Assembly: GCA_965222225.1 (NCBI GenBank)
Contig: CBDCTK010000002.1
Span: forward strand, 4,064,001 to 4,128,000
Direction of reading: 5' to 3'
Source: Candidatus Poribacteria bacterium
GTDB lineage: Bacteria; Poribacteria; WGA-4E; JAJDTR01
Length of the DNA: 64,000 bases
This document shows positions 20,801 to 30,576 of the stretch, piece after piece; within the stretch, counting starts at the first letter, position 1, and each line of letters opens with the position of its first letter. The translations under genes and the position numbers were made by a program. The notes below the pieces were generated by a model. The model was not told the DNA's origin, searched no databases, and saw only the letters and a list, made by a program, of their open reading frames with translations.

Positions 20801-22003
20801 GTGGCTAACGTAACCATCAAAGACGTTCAAACAATCTTGACCCAACCCGAAGGCTCACGATTAATCATCGTGAAAATCATCACCTCGCAACCCGGGCTGT
20901 ACGGGCTAGGCTGCGCCACCTTCACGCAACGCTTCCACGCCGTTCACACCGCGATCGAAAAGCACCTCAAACCGTTCCTCATCGGACGAGACGTTTCCCG
21001 CATTGAGGAAATTTGGCAGATGGGGATGGTCAACGGCTATTGGCGCAATGGTCCCGTGCTAAACAACGCCATCTCCGGCGCCGACCAAGCCCTCTGGGAT
21101 ATCAAAGGCAAACAAGCCGACATGCCGCTCTATCAACTCTTGGGCGGGAAATGCCGCGAGGCGGCTGCGGTCTACGGTCACGCTGATGGCAGGGACGAAC
21201 ATGAAGTCGAGGACAGCGTCCGAAAGTACATGGCACAAGGCTACCGCTACATACGAATCCAGATGGGCGGCTACGGCGGTCAAGCCGAAAAACTCGCCAA
21301 ACCCGAAGGCGCGCCGCCGGGGGCTTACTTCGATCCCAGAGCCTACACCCGCGACATGCTGCGCATGATGGAACACGTGCGATCCAAAGTCGGCGACGAG
21401 ATTGAACTCCTGCACGACATTCACGAGCGGTTGAATCCCATTGACGCCGTCCAATTTGCCAAAGATGTCGGACGATTCAAACTGTTCTTCTTGGAAGATC
21501 CGTTAGCGCCGGAAGATTTGGAATGGTTCCGCCATATCCGTCAACAGTGCAGCACCCCAATCGCCATGGGCGAACTCTTCAATAGTCCGCGCGAGTGGCA
21601 GCCCTTGATTGCCGACAAGCTGATTGACTTTCTCCGCATGCACGTCAGCCAGATGGGAGGGATAACCCCCGCCCGCAACGTCGCCGCATTTGCCAATATG
21701 TACGGCATCCGAACCGCGTGGCACGGTCCCGGCGACACCTCGCCCGTGGGACACGCCGCCAACCTGCACCTCGATCTGTGGGCGCCGAATTTCGGCATCC
21801 AAGAGTGGTGCCGTTTCTCCGAGGCTGTATATGAGATTTTCCCCGGCACCCCCGAAGTTCGCGGCGGGTACATGTATCCCAACGACAAACCCGGCTTGGG
21901 GATTGATGTCAACGAGGAATTAGCCGCGAAATATCCCTGTACCGACGAAGTGATAGGCTGGACACAAACCCGACTGCCCGACGGCAGCCCAACAAGACCA
22001 TGA
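20801..22003 (+). CDS. rspA: Enolase-superfamily dehydratase, RspA/ManD subgroup
   Basis: YWRNGPV, ALWDIKGK, LLHDIHER, FFLED, AMGEL, HGPGDTSPVG. Confidence 0.85.
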   Translation: MANVTIKDVQTILTQPEGSRLIIVKIITSQPGLYGLGCATFTQRFHAVHTAIEKHLKPFLIGRDVSRIEEIWQMGMVNGYWRNGPVLNNAISGADQALWDIKGKQADMPLYQLLGGKCREAAAVYGHADGRDEHEVEDSVRKYMAQGYRYIRIQMGGYGGQAEKLAKPEGAPPGAYFDPRAYTRDMLRMMEHVRSKVGDEIELLHDIHERLNPIDAVQFAKDVGRFKLFFLEDPLAPEDLEWFRHIRQQCSTPIAMGELFNSPREWQPLIADKLIDFLRMHVSQMGGITPARNVAAFANMYGIRTAWHGPGDTSPVGHAANLHLDLWAPNFGIQEWCRFSEAVYEIFPGTPEVRGGYMYPNDKPGLGIDVNEELAAKYPCTDEVIGWTQTRLPDGSPTRP

Positions 22004-22130
22004 CACATTCCCATCTTTTCTACTCGGGCGTATTTCCTAACTGCTCGGTCTGGATTGCCAAATCCAGACCGCACACTGCGATTTGCTAAAACATGTAGGT
22101 TGGGTTGAGCCCCTGTAGGGTGCGCAATGC

Positions 22131-22183
22131 GATCAACCGACCGAATACGGAGTGCGATAGGAAATCCCGCGCGATAGCCATCC
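22131..22183 (-). repeat. Modular repeat copy truncating a GTAGGGTGCGCAATGC REP
   Basis: Same module grammar. Confidence 0.8.
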
Positions 22184-22515
22184 TGTTGCCCCAACTCACG
22201 TCCATTGCCCGTAGGGGCGAGGTTCCCTCGCCCGATAATGGTAGGCGGAGCATCTTGCTCGGCCTACTGCTATCCCCGTAGGTTGGGTTGAGCACAGCGA
22301 AACCCAACAATTCAGCTCTCATTCTTGATAATTGCTTACCACTATTGTAACCGTTTAGTCCATTTATTCCTAGGGCGAATGCAGAGCCATCACCTTCGAT
22401 TCTATGGAGGCTGAGAACAGCATGCATTCGCCTTATCATTATACGCGTACCCCAAGTGGCATTGGTCACTGATTTCAGGTTCGTCGTAGCGCAATTCATT
22501 GCACGTCCTGTACTG

Positions 22516-24210
22516 ATGCACAAAACCACAACCCTCCTCAGAACGACGGCTCTTAATCTTCTCTGCCTCTCCACGGCAATCCACGTTGCAATAGGAAATC
22601 CTCAACCCACGACCACCGATGCGATCAAACCGCTCTTCACCGAAATCACTTCAGAGTTGCTCTTGAACGACGCGCCCAATCTGCTGCCCGACGGGACGTA
22701 TTCCCTGCCGGAGATTATGGGCGGTGGCGTTTCCCTGTTCGATTACGACGGCGACAGCGATCTCGACCTCCTCCAGATACGCTTCCCTCCGCCCGGTCAG
22801 CCTCACCTACCGGCGCCCAATCGGCTTTTCCAACAGCAGCCTGACGGGACGTTTCTGGATGTGACATCCACTGCTGGCTTGGACGACACGGGTTATGGAC
22901 AGGGCGCCGCGGTTGGAGACACTGACAACGATGGCGACTTGGATATCTACGTGACCAACTTCGGACGTGACGCTTTCTACCTGAACAACGGAGATGGCAC
23001 CTTCGTCGACGCCACGGTGTCCGCCGGATTTTCCGGCGAGCATTGGAGTTCGTCGGGTGCATTCCTCGACTACGATCGCGACGGAGATCTTGACCTCTAC
23101 ATCGTACACTATCTTCTATTCGACTCCGGCATCGTATGTCGTAGCAGAACTGACAGACCGGTTTATTGCGGCCCCCAAAGCTTCGACGGGGTGCTTGACG
23201 CGCTCTATCGTAATAACGGGGACGGTAGCTTTTCCGACGTAACTGCAGAGGCTGGCATCACCTTACCGGGCAAGGGTTTGGGTGTAGTCTGCGCGGATCT
23301 GACAGGCGACGGTTGGGCCGACATCTATGTCGCCAACGATCAGGAGGCAAACCTCCTTTGGGTCAACGGAGGGGATGGTGCTTTTACTGACGAAGCCGTT
23401 ATACGCGGCGTTGCATTCAACGCCTACGGAGAGGCGGAAGCTAGCATGGGTGTGACCACCGGTGATGTAAACGGCGACGGGCGCTTCGACCTGTTCATGA
23501 CACACCTGAGGGATGAAACCAACACGCTCTATATTGCCACAGAGTATGGGATTTTCATTGACGCATCGGAAACTTCGGGCTTAGCGGCAATCGATCGAGG
23601 TTACACCGGTTTCGGCTGCGGATTCTTCGACTATGATAACGACGGAGACCTTGACCTCGCTCTCGTCAATGGCAGCGTCAGGCGCGGATCAAAGTTTCCG
23701 GGCGGGAATCTCGGCGAATTCTGGAACTTGTACGCGGAACCCAACCTGCTGTTCCAAAACGATGGCAGCGGCAATTTCACCGATATCAGTTCGCTCGCGG
23801 GCGCTTTCGCCGACCAAGTTGAAGTCAGTCGCGGACTTGCCTTCGGTGACACCGATCTGGATGGCGACATCGATTTGGTCGTTGGAAACCTCGGTGGGAT
23901 GCGGGTGTTCCGCAATGATGCCCCTGCACCGAGCAATCGCTGGCTGCGCGTGCGAGCAATAGATGGAAACCGAGATGCAATCGGCGCCGAAGTGATGGTC
24001 GTCACGGCGGAGGCTAACTATGTCAGACTTATACTCCCCGGCTACAGCTATCTCAGTAGCAGCGAATTACGCGCTCATTTTGGACTCGGGACAACGGAGC
24101 TAATTGAGTCGATTGAGGTAAAGTGGCAAGATGGCAACCGGGAACGTTTCACGGTACCCGGAGTTGACCGAGAACTGACTGTCCGTAAAGGAAGCGGGGA
24201 CGCATTATGA
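22516..24210 (+). CDS. CRTAC1/ASPIC-UnbV family FG-GAP repeat protein
   Basis: Multiple DxDxDGDLDL repeats; C-terminal NRDAIGA...GYSYLSS...AHFGLG. Confidence 0.9.
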   Translation: MHKTTTLLRTTALNLLCLSTAIHVAIGNPQPTTTDAIKPLFTEITSELLLNDAPNLLPDGTYSLPEIMGGGVSLFDYDGDSDLDLLQIRFPPPGQPHLPAPNRLFQQQPDGTFLDVTSTAGLDDTGYGQGAAVGDTDNDGDLDIYVTNFGRDAFYLNNGDGTFVDATVSAGFSGEHWSSSGAFLDYDRDGDLDLYIVHYLLFDSGIVCRSRTDRPVYCGPQSFDGVLDALYRNNGDGSFSDVTAEAGITLPGKGLGVVCADLTGDGWADIYVANDQEANLLWVNGGDGAFTDEAVIRGVAFNAYGEAEASMGVTTGDVNGDGRFDLFMTHLRDETNTLYIATEYGIFIDASETSGLAAIDRGYTGFGCGFFDYDNDGDLDLALVNGSVRRGSKFPGGNLGEFWNLYAEPNLLFQNDGSGNFTDISSLAGAFADQVEVSRGLAFGDTDLDGDIDLVVGNLGGMRVFRNDAPAPSNRWLRVRAIDGNRDAIGAEVMVVTAEANYVRLILPGYSYLSSSELRAHFGLGTTELIESIEVKWQDGNRERFTVPGVDRELTVRKGSGDAL

Positions 24211-25643
24211 AGGAGCTCTTCTTCGTGATACTCGCCGTTTGTGTTGGTGTTACCGGCATTGAAGCGGCAATCCCCCAGCCGAACACACCGGACGGGATAC
24301 CTCAGCCTCAAGATCTCGCACAAGTCTCCAATGACCGGCTCCTGCAGGCAGTGGAATCCGCCCAAAACGCTCTCGCTAAAAATCCCGGATCCACCGCCGC
24401 TTGGGGACGGCTGGGCCATGTCTATCTGGCTCACGAGTGGCGCGCCGATGCCGCCCGCTGTTACCGAAACGCGGCAAAGATTGACCCCGATGCGTTTCGC
24501 TGGCTGTACTACCTCGGTAGAGCCATACAAAATGCCCCTGTCGAGGCGGCTGATGTGCTGGCGCGAGCAATCGATTTAGACTCGAAATACGCACCCGCTC
24601 ATATTCACTACGCCAATGCCCTCAGAAATATAGGCAAGTTCGAGATTGCACAACGGCATTTCGAGCGCGCCTTGGAACTGGCGCCGCAAAACCCGTATGC
24701 CGAATTGAGATTGGGCCAACTTGCGCTCTCTGCCAAGCAGTTCGAGACGGCGCGTGACCACCTGCAACGTGCCTTGACGCTGAATCCAAAACAGAGTGAG
24801 GTGCACACCGCACTTGCGCAAATCTACTTGGCGCTAGGCGACAAGAATGCCGCCAATCGGCACGCTCAAGCGGCGCACATGCCCACAAAATACAATGAGA
24901 TGCCCGATCCGCTATATCGGGAGGTCGAAAAAGCCGGTGTTAGCAAGTACTGGTTTACGCGGCGTGGACGGCAATACTTCATGGCAAAGGATTTTGAGCG
25001 TGCGGTCGAAGAATTGGCTGAGGTCGTCTCGGAGGAGGAGAAAAACCCGTTAATCTGGTATCTCTACGGCGTCTCTTTGCTTGGAACCGAACGTTACAAG
25101 GAGGCAGCCGCAACCTTGGAGCGTGCACTGTCCGCTAGCCGCGACAACGACCATCAGAACGAAAAAGACCTGCTGAAGATTTATAACAGTTTGGCAATCG
25201 CTCATGGGCGAGCAGGTAATCCGGAGTTGGTTGAACTGTCTCTGCAAAAGGCTTTGGCGCTCAATCCAACGTCGATTAGAGCAATGAACAACTTGGCATT
25301 TTACTATGCCGAAAACGACAGGAATTTGGACGAAGCGCTGAACCTTGCCCGAAAAGCTGCGGAAGTTGGACCCGAGGATGGGGGACATCCCATGTCTCTC
25401 GATACGCTGGGCTGGGTTTATTTTAAGCGAGGCAATTACACTGCCGCGTTGAAAACTCTCACGCTCGCCCTCCAATTTATCCCCGATTCACCGACGGTTT
25501 ACTACCATCTCGGGATGGCATATTTTGGAAATCGGGACACTCGGAATGCGCTGAAGGCGTTCAAGATAGCTTTGGAGCTTTCGCCGAACTTCCCGGAAGC
25601 CGATAAGACAAAAGCCATGATCCGTCAAATCGAAGTACGGTAA
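24207..25643 (+). CDS. Secreted tetratricopeptide repeat protein
   Basis: TPR periodicity; NNLAFYYA..LDEA, LDTLGWVYFKRG. Confidence 0.9.
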   Translation: MKELFFVILAVCVGVTGIEAAIPQPNTPDGIPQPQDLAQVSNDRLLQAVESAQNALAKNPGSTAAWGRLGHVYLAHEWRADAARCYRNAAKIDPDAFRWLYYLGRAIQNAPVEAADVLARAIDLDSKYAPAHIHYANALRNIGKFEIAQRHFERALELAPQNPYAELRLGQLALSAKQFETARDHLQRALTLNPKQSEVHTALAQIYLALGDKNAANRHAQAAHMPTKYNEMPDPLYREVEKAGVSKYWFTRRGRQYFMAKDFERAVEELAEVVSEEEKNPLIWYLYGVSLLGTERYKEAAATLERALSASRDNDHQNEKDLLKIYNSLAIAHGRAGNPELVELSLQKALALNPTSIRAMNNLAFYYAENDRNLDEALNLARKAAEVGPEDGGHPMSLDTLGWVYFKRGNYTAALKTLTLALQFIPDSPTVYYHLGMAYFGNRDTRNALKAFKIALELSPNFPEADKTKAMIRQIEVR

Positions 25644-25697
25644 CGTGATGTTGAAGCTACCATCGAACGCCATGCTAAGCTCGACTTTGTACAGCCC

Positions 25698-25879
25698 GTA
25701 GGTTGGGTTGAGCGCAGCGAAACCCAACACGTCATCTGTAGGAGCGATCTCCGAATCGCGACCTCTCCCGCTCCAGCGGAGATCAAACGACTGGACAGAA
25801 TCAAGTAACCGAATAGGGAACGCGATAGAAAATCCTGTGCGATAGAGATCCCCGCGTTAGAAATCTCATAGAGTTCCCC
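25698..25879. repeat. REP cluster followed by a modular repeat copy (25781-25879, minus strand)
   Basis: GTAGGTTGGGTTGAGCGCAGCGAAACCCAAC and GTAGGAGCGATCTCCGAATCGCGAC, then modules. Confidence 0.8.
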
Positions 25880-26274
25880 TTGCCTCGCCGTGAAACACCA
25901 AAATTCAAGCGAAACCCAACACGCCATCTGCATGTTATCAGAAACCGCTGACGACGTTTTCAATGGTCAACCAAGAAGCTAGACGACCAAAATATCTGGC
26001 GTTTTTCTCCAACACTTGATTGGCACCATCCACTAGTCAAACAGAACCTTAATGTTTTTGCTTGACTTCGTAAACATCAACCCCTATAATGCCTGATATC
26101 CATTCGTTCGCATAAGCTACTTTAGATAATGTGGACGGTAAGCCATGTGTGTCAGAATGTCAGGAACTGAGGGAAGAATCGCTCTACCCCTCGAATCGTC
26201 TGAGTTTGAAGTACCCCAAATAGCTGGTAAATTAAGTAACTTAACATTGTAGCTTTTGACAGGAGGAAACTAAA

Positions 26275-27096
26275 ATGCTGAGATTGAAACACCTCGCAAT
26301 CCGCTTTTTTGTCGTCGCATTTGTCTGCGTATTGCCTGTCGTGGGAGATAGCGCCGAAGTCCCCGAAGTAGCATTCCACTTCACCATGGATGAAATAAGT
26401 GGTGACGAAACCATGGATGTCAATGGCATGGTGGGAATTCTTGAAAATGGTCCCGTCGTGGTTGCCGGTAGACATGGAAACGCGATTCAGTTTACACGTT
26501 CTGATGAACAAGCCATTGAAATTTTCCCGGATCCCGCCACAAACTTTGGCACTGGCGATCTTAGCTTGGAAGCCTGGGTTAAGACTCCTTTTGACCAGGA
26601 ACAGTCCTACATCTTTAATAAGTGGGGCCCCTGGGAGGCGCCGGAGACTCCGTGCTGTAGGGGATACCGGCTTACTATTGAGCCGGGCGGCCAGCTTGAT
26701 ACCATATTTAATGATGGGGTCCCGGACGATGAACGCCTCGCCAACGAAGGCTTCGTTAGGGGTAGTGACACCTCGGTTGCCGATGGCGAATGGCATCATG
26801 TGGTCGTGACTCGGAAGGATACATCAATCATCCAGTTCTGGATAGATGGTGTACTCGACCACGAGATTGAAGAAGCCGCAGCTGCTGGTTCGATTGATAA
26901 CACCACCAATCTGTATCTTGGCAGAAGCCACAAGAATAGGGGCTGGTTTGACGGTCTGATCGACGAGGTTCGCGCGTGGAGGGGAGCTCTGAACGAAACA
27001 CAAATTGCTCAAGCAATGAGCGGAGCCGCCGTCACTGCCGTTGAACCCGTGGGGAAACTTCCGCTAATCTGGGGTCAGATAAAAGCTGACCATTAG
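26275..27096 (+). CDS. Secreted LamG/concanavalin-like domain protein with C-terminal AVEPxGKL..WGxIK motif
   Basis: SLEAWVK, DGEWHHVVVT, FDGLIDEVR. Confidence 0.9.
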   Translation: MLRLKHLAIRFFVVAFVCVLPVVGDSAEVPEVAFHFTMDEISGDETMDVNGMVGILENGPVVVAGRHGNAIQFTRSDEQAIEIFPDPATNFGTGDLSLEAWVKTPFDQEQSYIFNKWGPWEAPETPCCRGYRLTIEPGGQLDTIFNDGVPDDERLANEGFVRGSDTSVADGEWHHVVVTRKDTSIIQFWIDGVLDHEIEEAAAAGSIDNTTNLYLGRSHKNRGWFDGLIDEVRAWRGALNETQIAQAMSGAAVTAVEPVGKLPLIWGQIKADH

Positions 27097-27164
27097 GCCT
27101 GCTTGCAGCCCATCGGTAGTTCGGGTGCAAATGATATCGGATTTTCGTGTTGATTCAAACATCG

Positions 27165-27223
27165 ACGGTGGGGTGCGCACGTCAACCCAACACCCAATTG
27201 GTTTGTCGTGTGCACCCCACCGT
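27165..27223. terminator. Long inverted repeat downstream of the LamG gene
   Basis: ACGGTGGGGTGCGCACG ... CGTGTGCACCCCACCGT. Confidence 0.45.
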
Positions 27224-27448
27224 TGTCACTCCGATAAATGTTAATAATCCCGTTTCACGGGATTTTACACAACCTGCGTGCCTCAATCCCTTCTAGCCGT
27301 CCCTTCTCAAGAAGCGGATAATTCTCCCACTTCTATTGCCGAATGAACCGTACTGTATTCAGCAAACAGAAGTTTTGAGCAACCACCATCCGCTCGCTTG
27401 ATTGGTTTCTTTCTTTCAAAATTCTGTAGCGTTCCCCGCTCCAGAGGA

Positions 27449-27521
27449 GATCGAACGAGTGAATGACGATCAACCGAGTGGACAGCGAGGGCGATAGCAA
27501 ATCCCGTGCGATAGAGATCCC
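27449..27521 (-). repeat. Modular repeat copy (partial copies also at 27387-27403 and 27690-27730)
   Basis: Same module grammar. Confidence 0.8.
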
Positions 27522-27781
27522 TTTCCAACCGCACCCAGCCCCGCCCCTACGGATATCGAGCGCCATGAAATCATCTTCTGTGGCGGCCCCATCAATGAAT
27601 GGGTTGGTATTCCCTCGCCCAAGTCTACGTGGAGATTAACAGTTTGAGACATTGAATCCGCATGACTTACACCCTAAAACGCTTAACTTGATCCCTATGG
27701 GGAGTGCGATAGAGTTCCCATAGCATTCCCCATGTTGATAGCACGCTATCGGCGTTGAATCCCTGCGATTTTGAGTTCACC

Positions 27782-28873
27782 ATGAAAAACAAAGTTCGTT
27801 GCGCAGTCATTGGTGCCGGTTGGTGGGGCACCGCCGCTCATATACCCGCGTTACTACGGCACCCCAAAGCAGAACTGTTGTGCGTACATCATCGCGACCA
27901 AGACATTGGCCGAAGAATTGCCCGCGATTTTGGAATTCCTCTCGGTGTGTCCTGCGTGGACGAAGTGCTTGCGATTGAAGTCCTTGACGCGGTGGTTATC
28001 AGTTCCACGGTAAATATGCACTATCCGCAAGCCAAAGCGGCGTTGGAACACGGGCTTCACGTGCTAATCGAAAAGCCGATGACACTCACCGCAACCCAAG
28101 CCAAGACGCTGGTCGATCTCGCGGATGAGCAGGGAGTGCAGTTTCTAATCAGCGGCCCCTGGCATTACACCGAGCATGCTGTTGAGGCGCGCCGTTTGAT
28201 CCAATCAGGTGCGATTGGCGACATCAAGATGATTAGTGTGCTGATGACGAATTTCTGTTTGGGGGTTTTTCGCGGGCTGCCCTGGGAGGAGATTTTCGCG
28301 GATACCGACACCTTTGAGACCGCGCAACCACCGTACCTGAAACCGGAACCGGCGGCGAGCAGCGACCCGGCCGTGTGCGGTGGCGGTCAGATTTACAACC
28401 AAGTCTCACACGTCGGCGGACACTTGGCATTTCTCACCGGTCAAGAACCCATTGAGGTGTTCGCACGGTTTGACAATCATGGTACACGTGTTGATGTGTA
28501 TAACACACTGAACGTCAAACTGAATAGTGGAACGCTTGTGTCGATTGCCAGCACCGGAGCCACTATGCCAACCGATCGGAACTATGAATTGCGCGTTTTC
28601 GGGAGCGAAGGCATGATATTCATGGAACTATGGAAGGGAGTAATGCAGTACCACTCTCGCACGGGCTGTGTGCACGACTATCCGAATCTTCCCGACGATG
28701 CCGTTTACCCAATATATGCGCCAACGAATAATTTGGTAGATGTCGCGCTAGGCGCTGCGCCCAACCAGTCGCCTGCCAAGCTGGGATTCAGTGCCATGAA
28801 ATTGATTGAAGCGGCGTGCGAGTCGGCGCGTACCGGTGGCAACGTGATCATAGAGGAGAGTTCGGCGCCATGA
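27782..28873 (+). CDS. Gfo/Idh/MocA family oxidoreductase
   Basis: IGAGWWG, HVLIEKP. Confidence 0.92.
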   Translation: MKNKVRCAVIGAGWWGTAAHIPALLRHPKAELLCVHHRDQDIGRRIARDFGIPLGVSCVDEVLAIEVLDAVVISSTVNMHYPQAKAALEHGLHVLIEKPMTLTATQAKTLVDLADEQGVQFLISGPWHYTEHAVEARRLIQSGAIGDIKMISVLMTNFCLGVFRGLPWEEIFADTDTFETAQPPYLKPEPAASSDPAVCGGGQIYNQVSHVGGHLAFLTGQEPIEVFARFDNHGTRVDVYNTLNVKLNSGTLVSIASTGATMPTDRNYELRVFGSEGMIFMELWKGVMQYHSRTGCVHDYPNLPDDAVYPIYAPTNNLVDVALGAAPNQSPAKLGFSAMKLIEAACESARTGGNVIIEESSAP

Positions 28874-29724
28874 AACTTAAATTCGCCTGCGCTGACTATA
28901 CATTTCCATTATTACCGCACGATGACGTTCTGACACTGATTGCTATGCTTGGCATTCGCGACGTGGATATCGGCTTGTTCGAGCATCGGTCGCATCTGCA
29001 GCCGTCCGACCAATTCGAGAACGTCACCCGTTCGGCAAAAGCCTTGAAAAAGACATTGAATTCCAAGGGCTTGAATCTCGCGGATGTGTTCCTTCAAGTT
29101 GACGACGATGGCATGTCTTACGCCATCAATCACCCGGATGCCTCGCGCCGTCGCAAGGCTCGCGACTGGTTTGAGCGCACACTGGATTACGCGGCTGCAT
29201 GCGGCGCTAAGCATGTGACGATTAGTCCCGGCGTCTTTTTCAGCGATCAAACCCGAGCAGATTCGCGGGCGCGTGGTTGTGACGAACTTTCGTGGCGGAT
29301 AGAACGTGCCGGCGCCTACCACATTATCATGGGCGTAGAGCCGCACATCCGCTCGATTGCCTCCCGTCCCAAATCGGCGCTGCGGCTGATATCCAAAGTG
29401 CCGGGGTTGACCTTCTCTCTTGACTACGGACATTTCACCTGCGTTGGCGTTCCCGATGCCGAGGTTGAACCCCTCATTCCCCATGCGAGTCATTTTCACG
29501 TCCGCGGCGCCCGGCGAGGAAGGCTCCAAGCAACATTCCAAGACAACACAATCGATTTCGCGCGGGTCGTGAAAGTGATGAAGTCAGTCGGGTATCACGG
29601 GTACCTCGCCTTGGAGTATGTATGGGTCGACTGGGAGGGCTGCAATCGAGCAGACAATCTGAGTGAAACAATCCGCTTCCGCGATTTTCTGCGTCCGCTT
29701 CTCGACGACACGTCCTGCGGTTGA
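28870..29724 (+). CDS. Sugar phosphate isomerase/epimerase (xylose isomerase-like TIM barrel)
   Basis: VEPH, LDYGHF, HFHVRG, GYHGYLALEY. Confidence 0.85.
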   Translation: MKLKFACADYTFPLLPHDDVLTLIAMLGIRDVDIGLFEHRSHLQPSDQFENVTRSAKALKKTLNSKGLNLADVFLQVDDDGMSYAINHPDASRRRKARDWFERTLDYAAACGAKHVTISPGVFFSDQTRADSRARGCDELSWRIERAGAYHIIMGVEPHIRSIASRPKSALRLISKVPGLTFSLDYGHFTCVGVPDAEVEPLIPHASHFHVRGARRGRLQATFQDNTIDFARVVKVMKSVGYHGYLALEYVWVDWEGCNRADNLSETIRFRDFLRPLLDDTSCG

Positions 29725-30576
29725 ATCTGAATAATTCGATACTTTAAGCCTTGAGAAGAAACGAGGTGCCAACGCGCTCAAACTGCCCCACCGAAAGGCC
29801 CGCCCTCTCTTGAAGCTCACTATATTAGCCATGCGTCCCCGTAGGCAGGCATCATCTCGGTTATGGCTAGGAGTCATCGTTAATGTCATCTAGCTTTTAT
29901 TGGCGTTCGGCTGTCTTCTGAACCGGCGGTAGCATCCGATCGCACACGCTTCCCTTCATCAAATGCCTCCTTCAACTGCTCAAACCACTTTGCTTCATCA
30001 CCGCGATTATATGGCGTCATTTTATCCTTGTTCTCGCCCGGCTATGTCCTTTCAGACATAATGGCAATCTCTAAGTTTCACTTTGTACAAGAGTGCAGTA
30101 ATGAATACAATTTGTGGCAGACCAATCGCACCTAATTCTAAATGTGTAGGAACCTGTGATTATCAAATCAAGATGGAATCCATGATCATGTTGTAGGGTG
30201 CGCACTGCGCACCAGCCTTTGAAAGCTCCAGCGGGGCGACAGGTTTCGGACATTGGGTTTCAAGCCCACATTAAATGACCAAGGACGGCTTGCCCCTATT
30301 ATTCAATCAATCACTAAGCAACTTTCAGCAACTTTCAAGAATAAACTTAAATTTCGGTCTACCTCCAAACCGCTCCTGCTGGATTAACAAATCCAGCCGC
30401 TATTTATGTATCCATTTCGCTTTGAGCCTTTCGCTCCGGAGGATTAAGGGTAGCGTGGAAGCGAACCTTCCACTCCTCCATCCTTCCAATCCCATTCTTC
30501 CTAGTCGTTTCAGAAGATAAATTTCAATACTGAAACGTGCTTGTTTGCGTCAATCGCAACAAATGGAGTTTCTGCT

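Noticed and set aside
26100-26270. Riboswitch or ncRNA upstream of the LamG gene; tRNA or rRNA anywhere in the window
   Set aside because: No recognisable consensus by eye; an Infernal or tRNAscan run would be needed.
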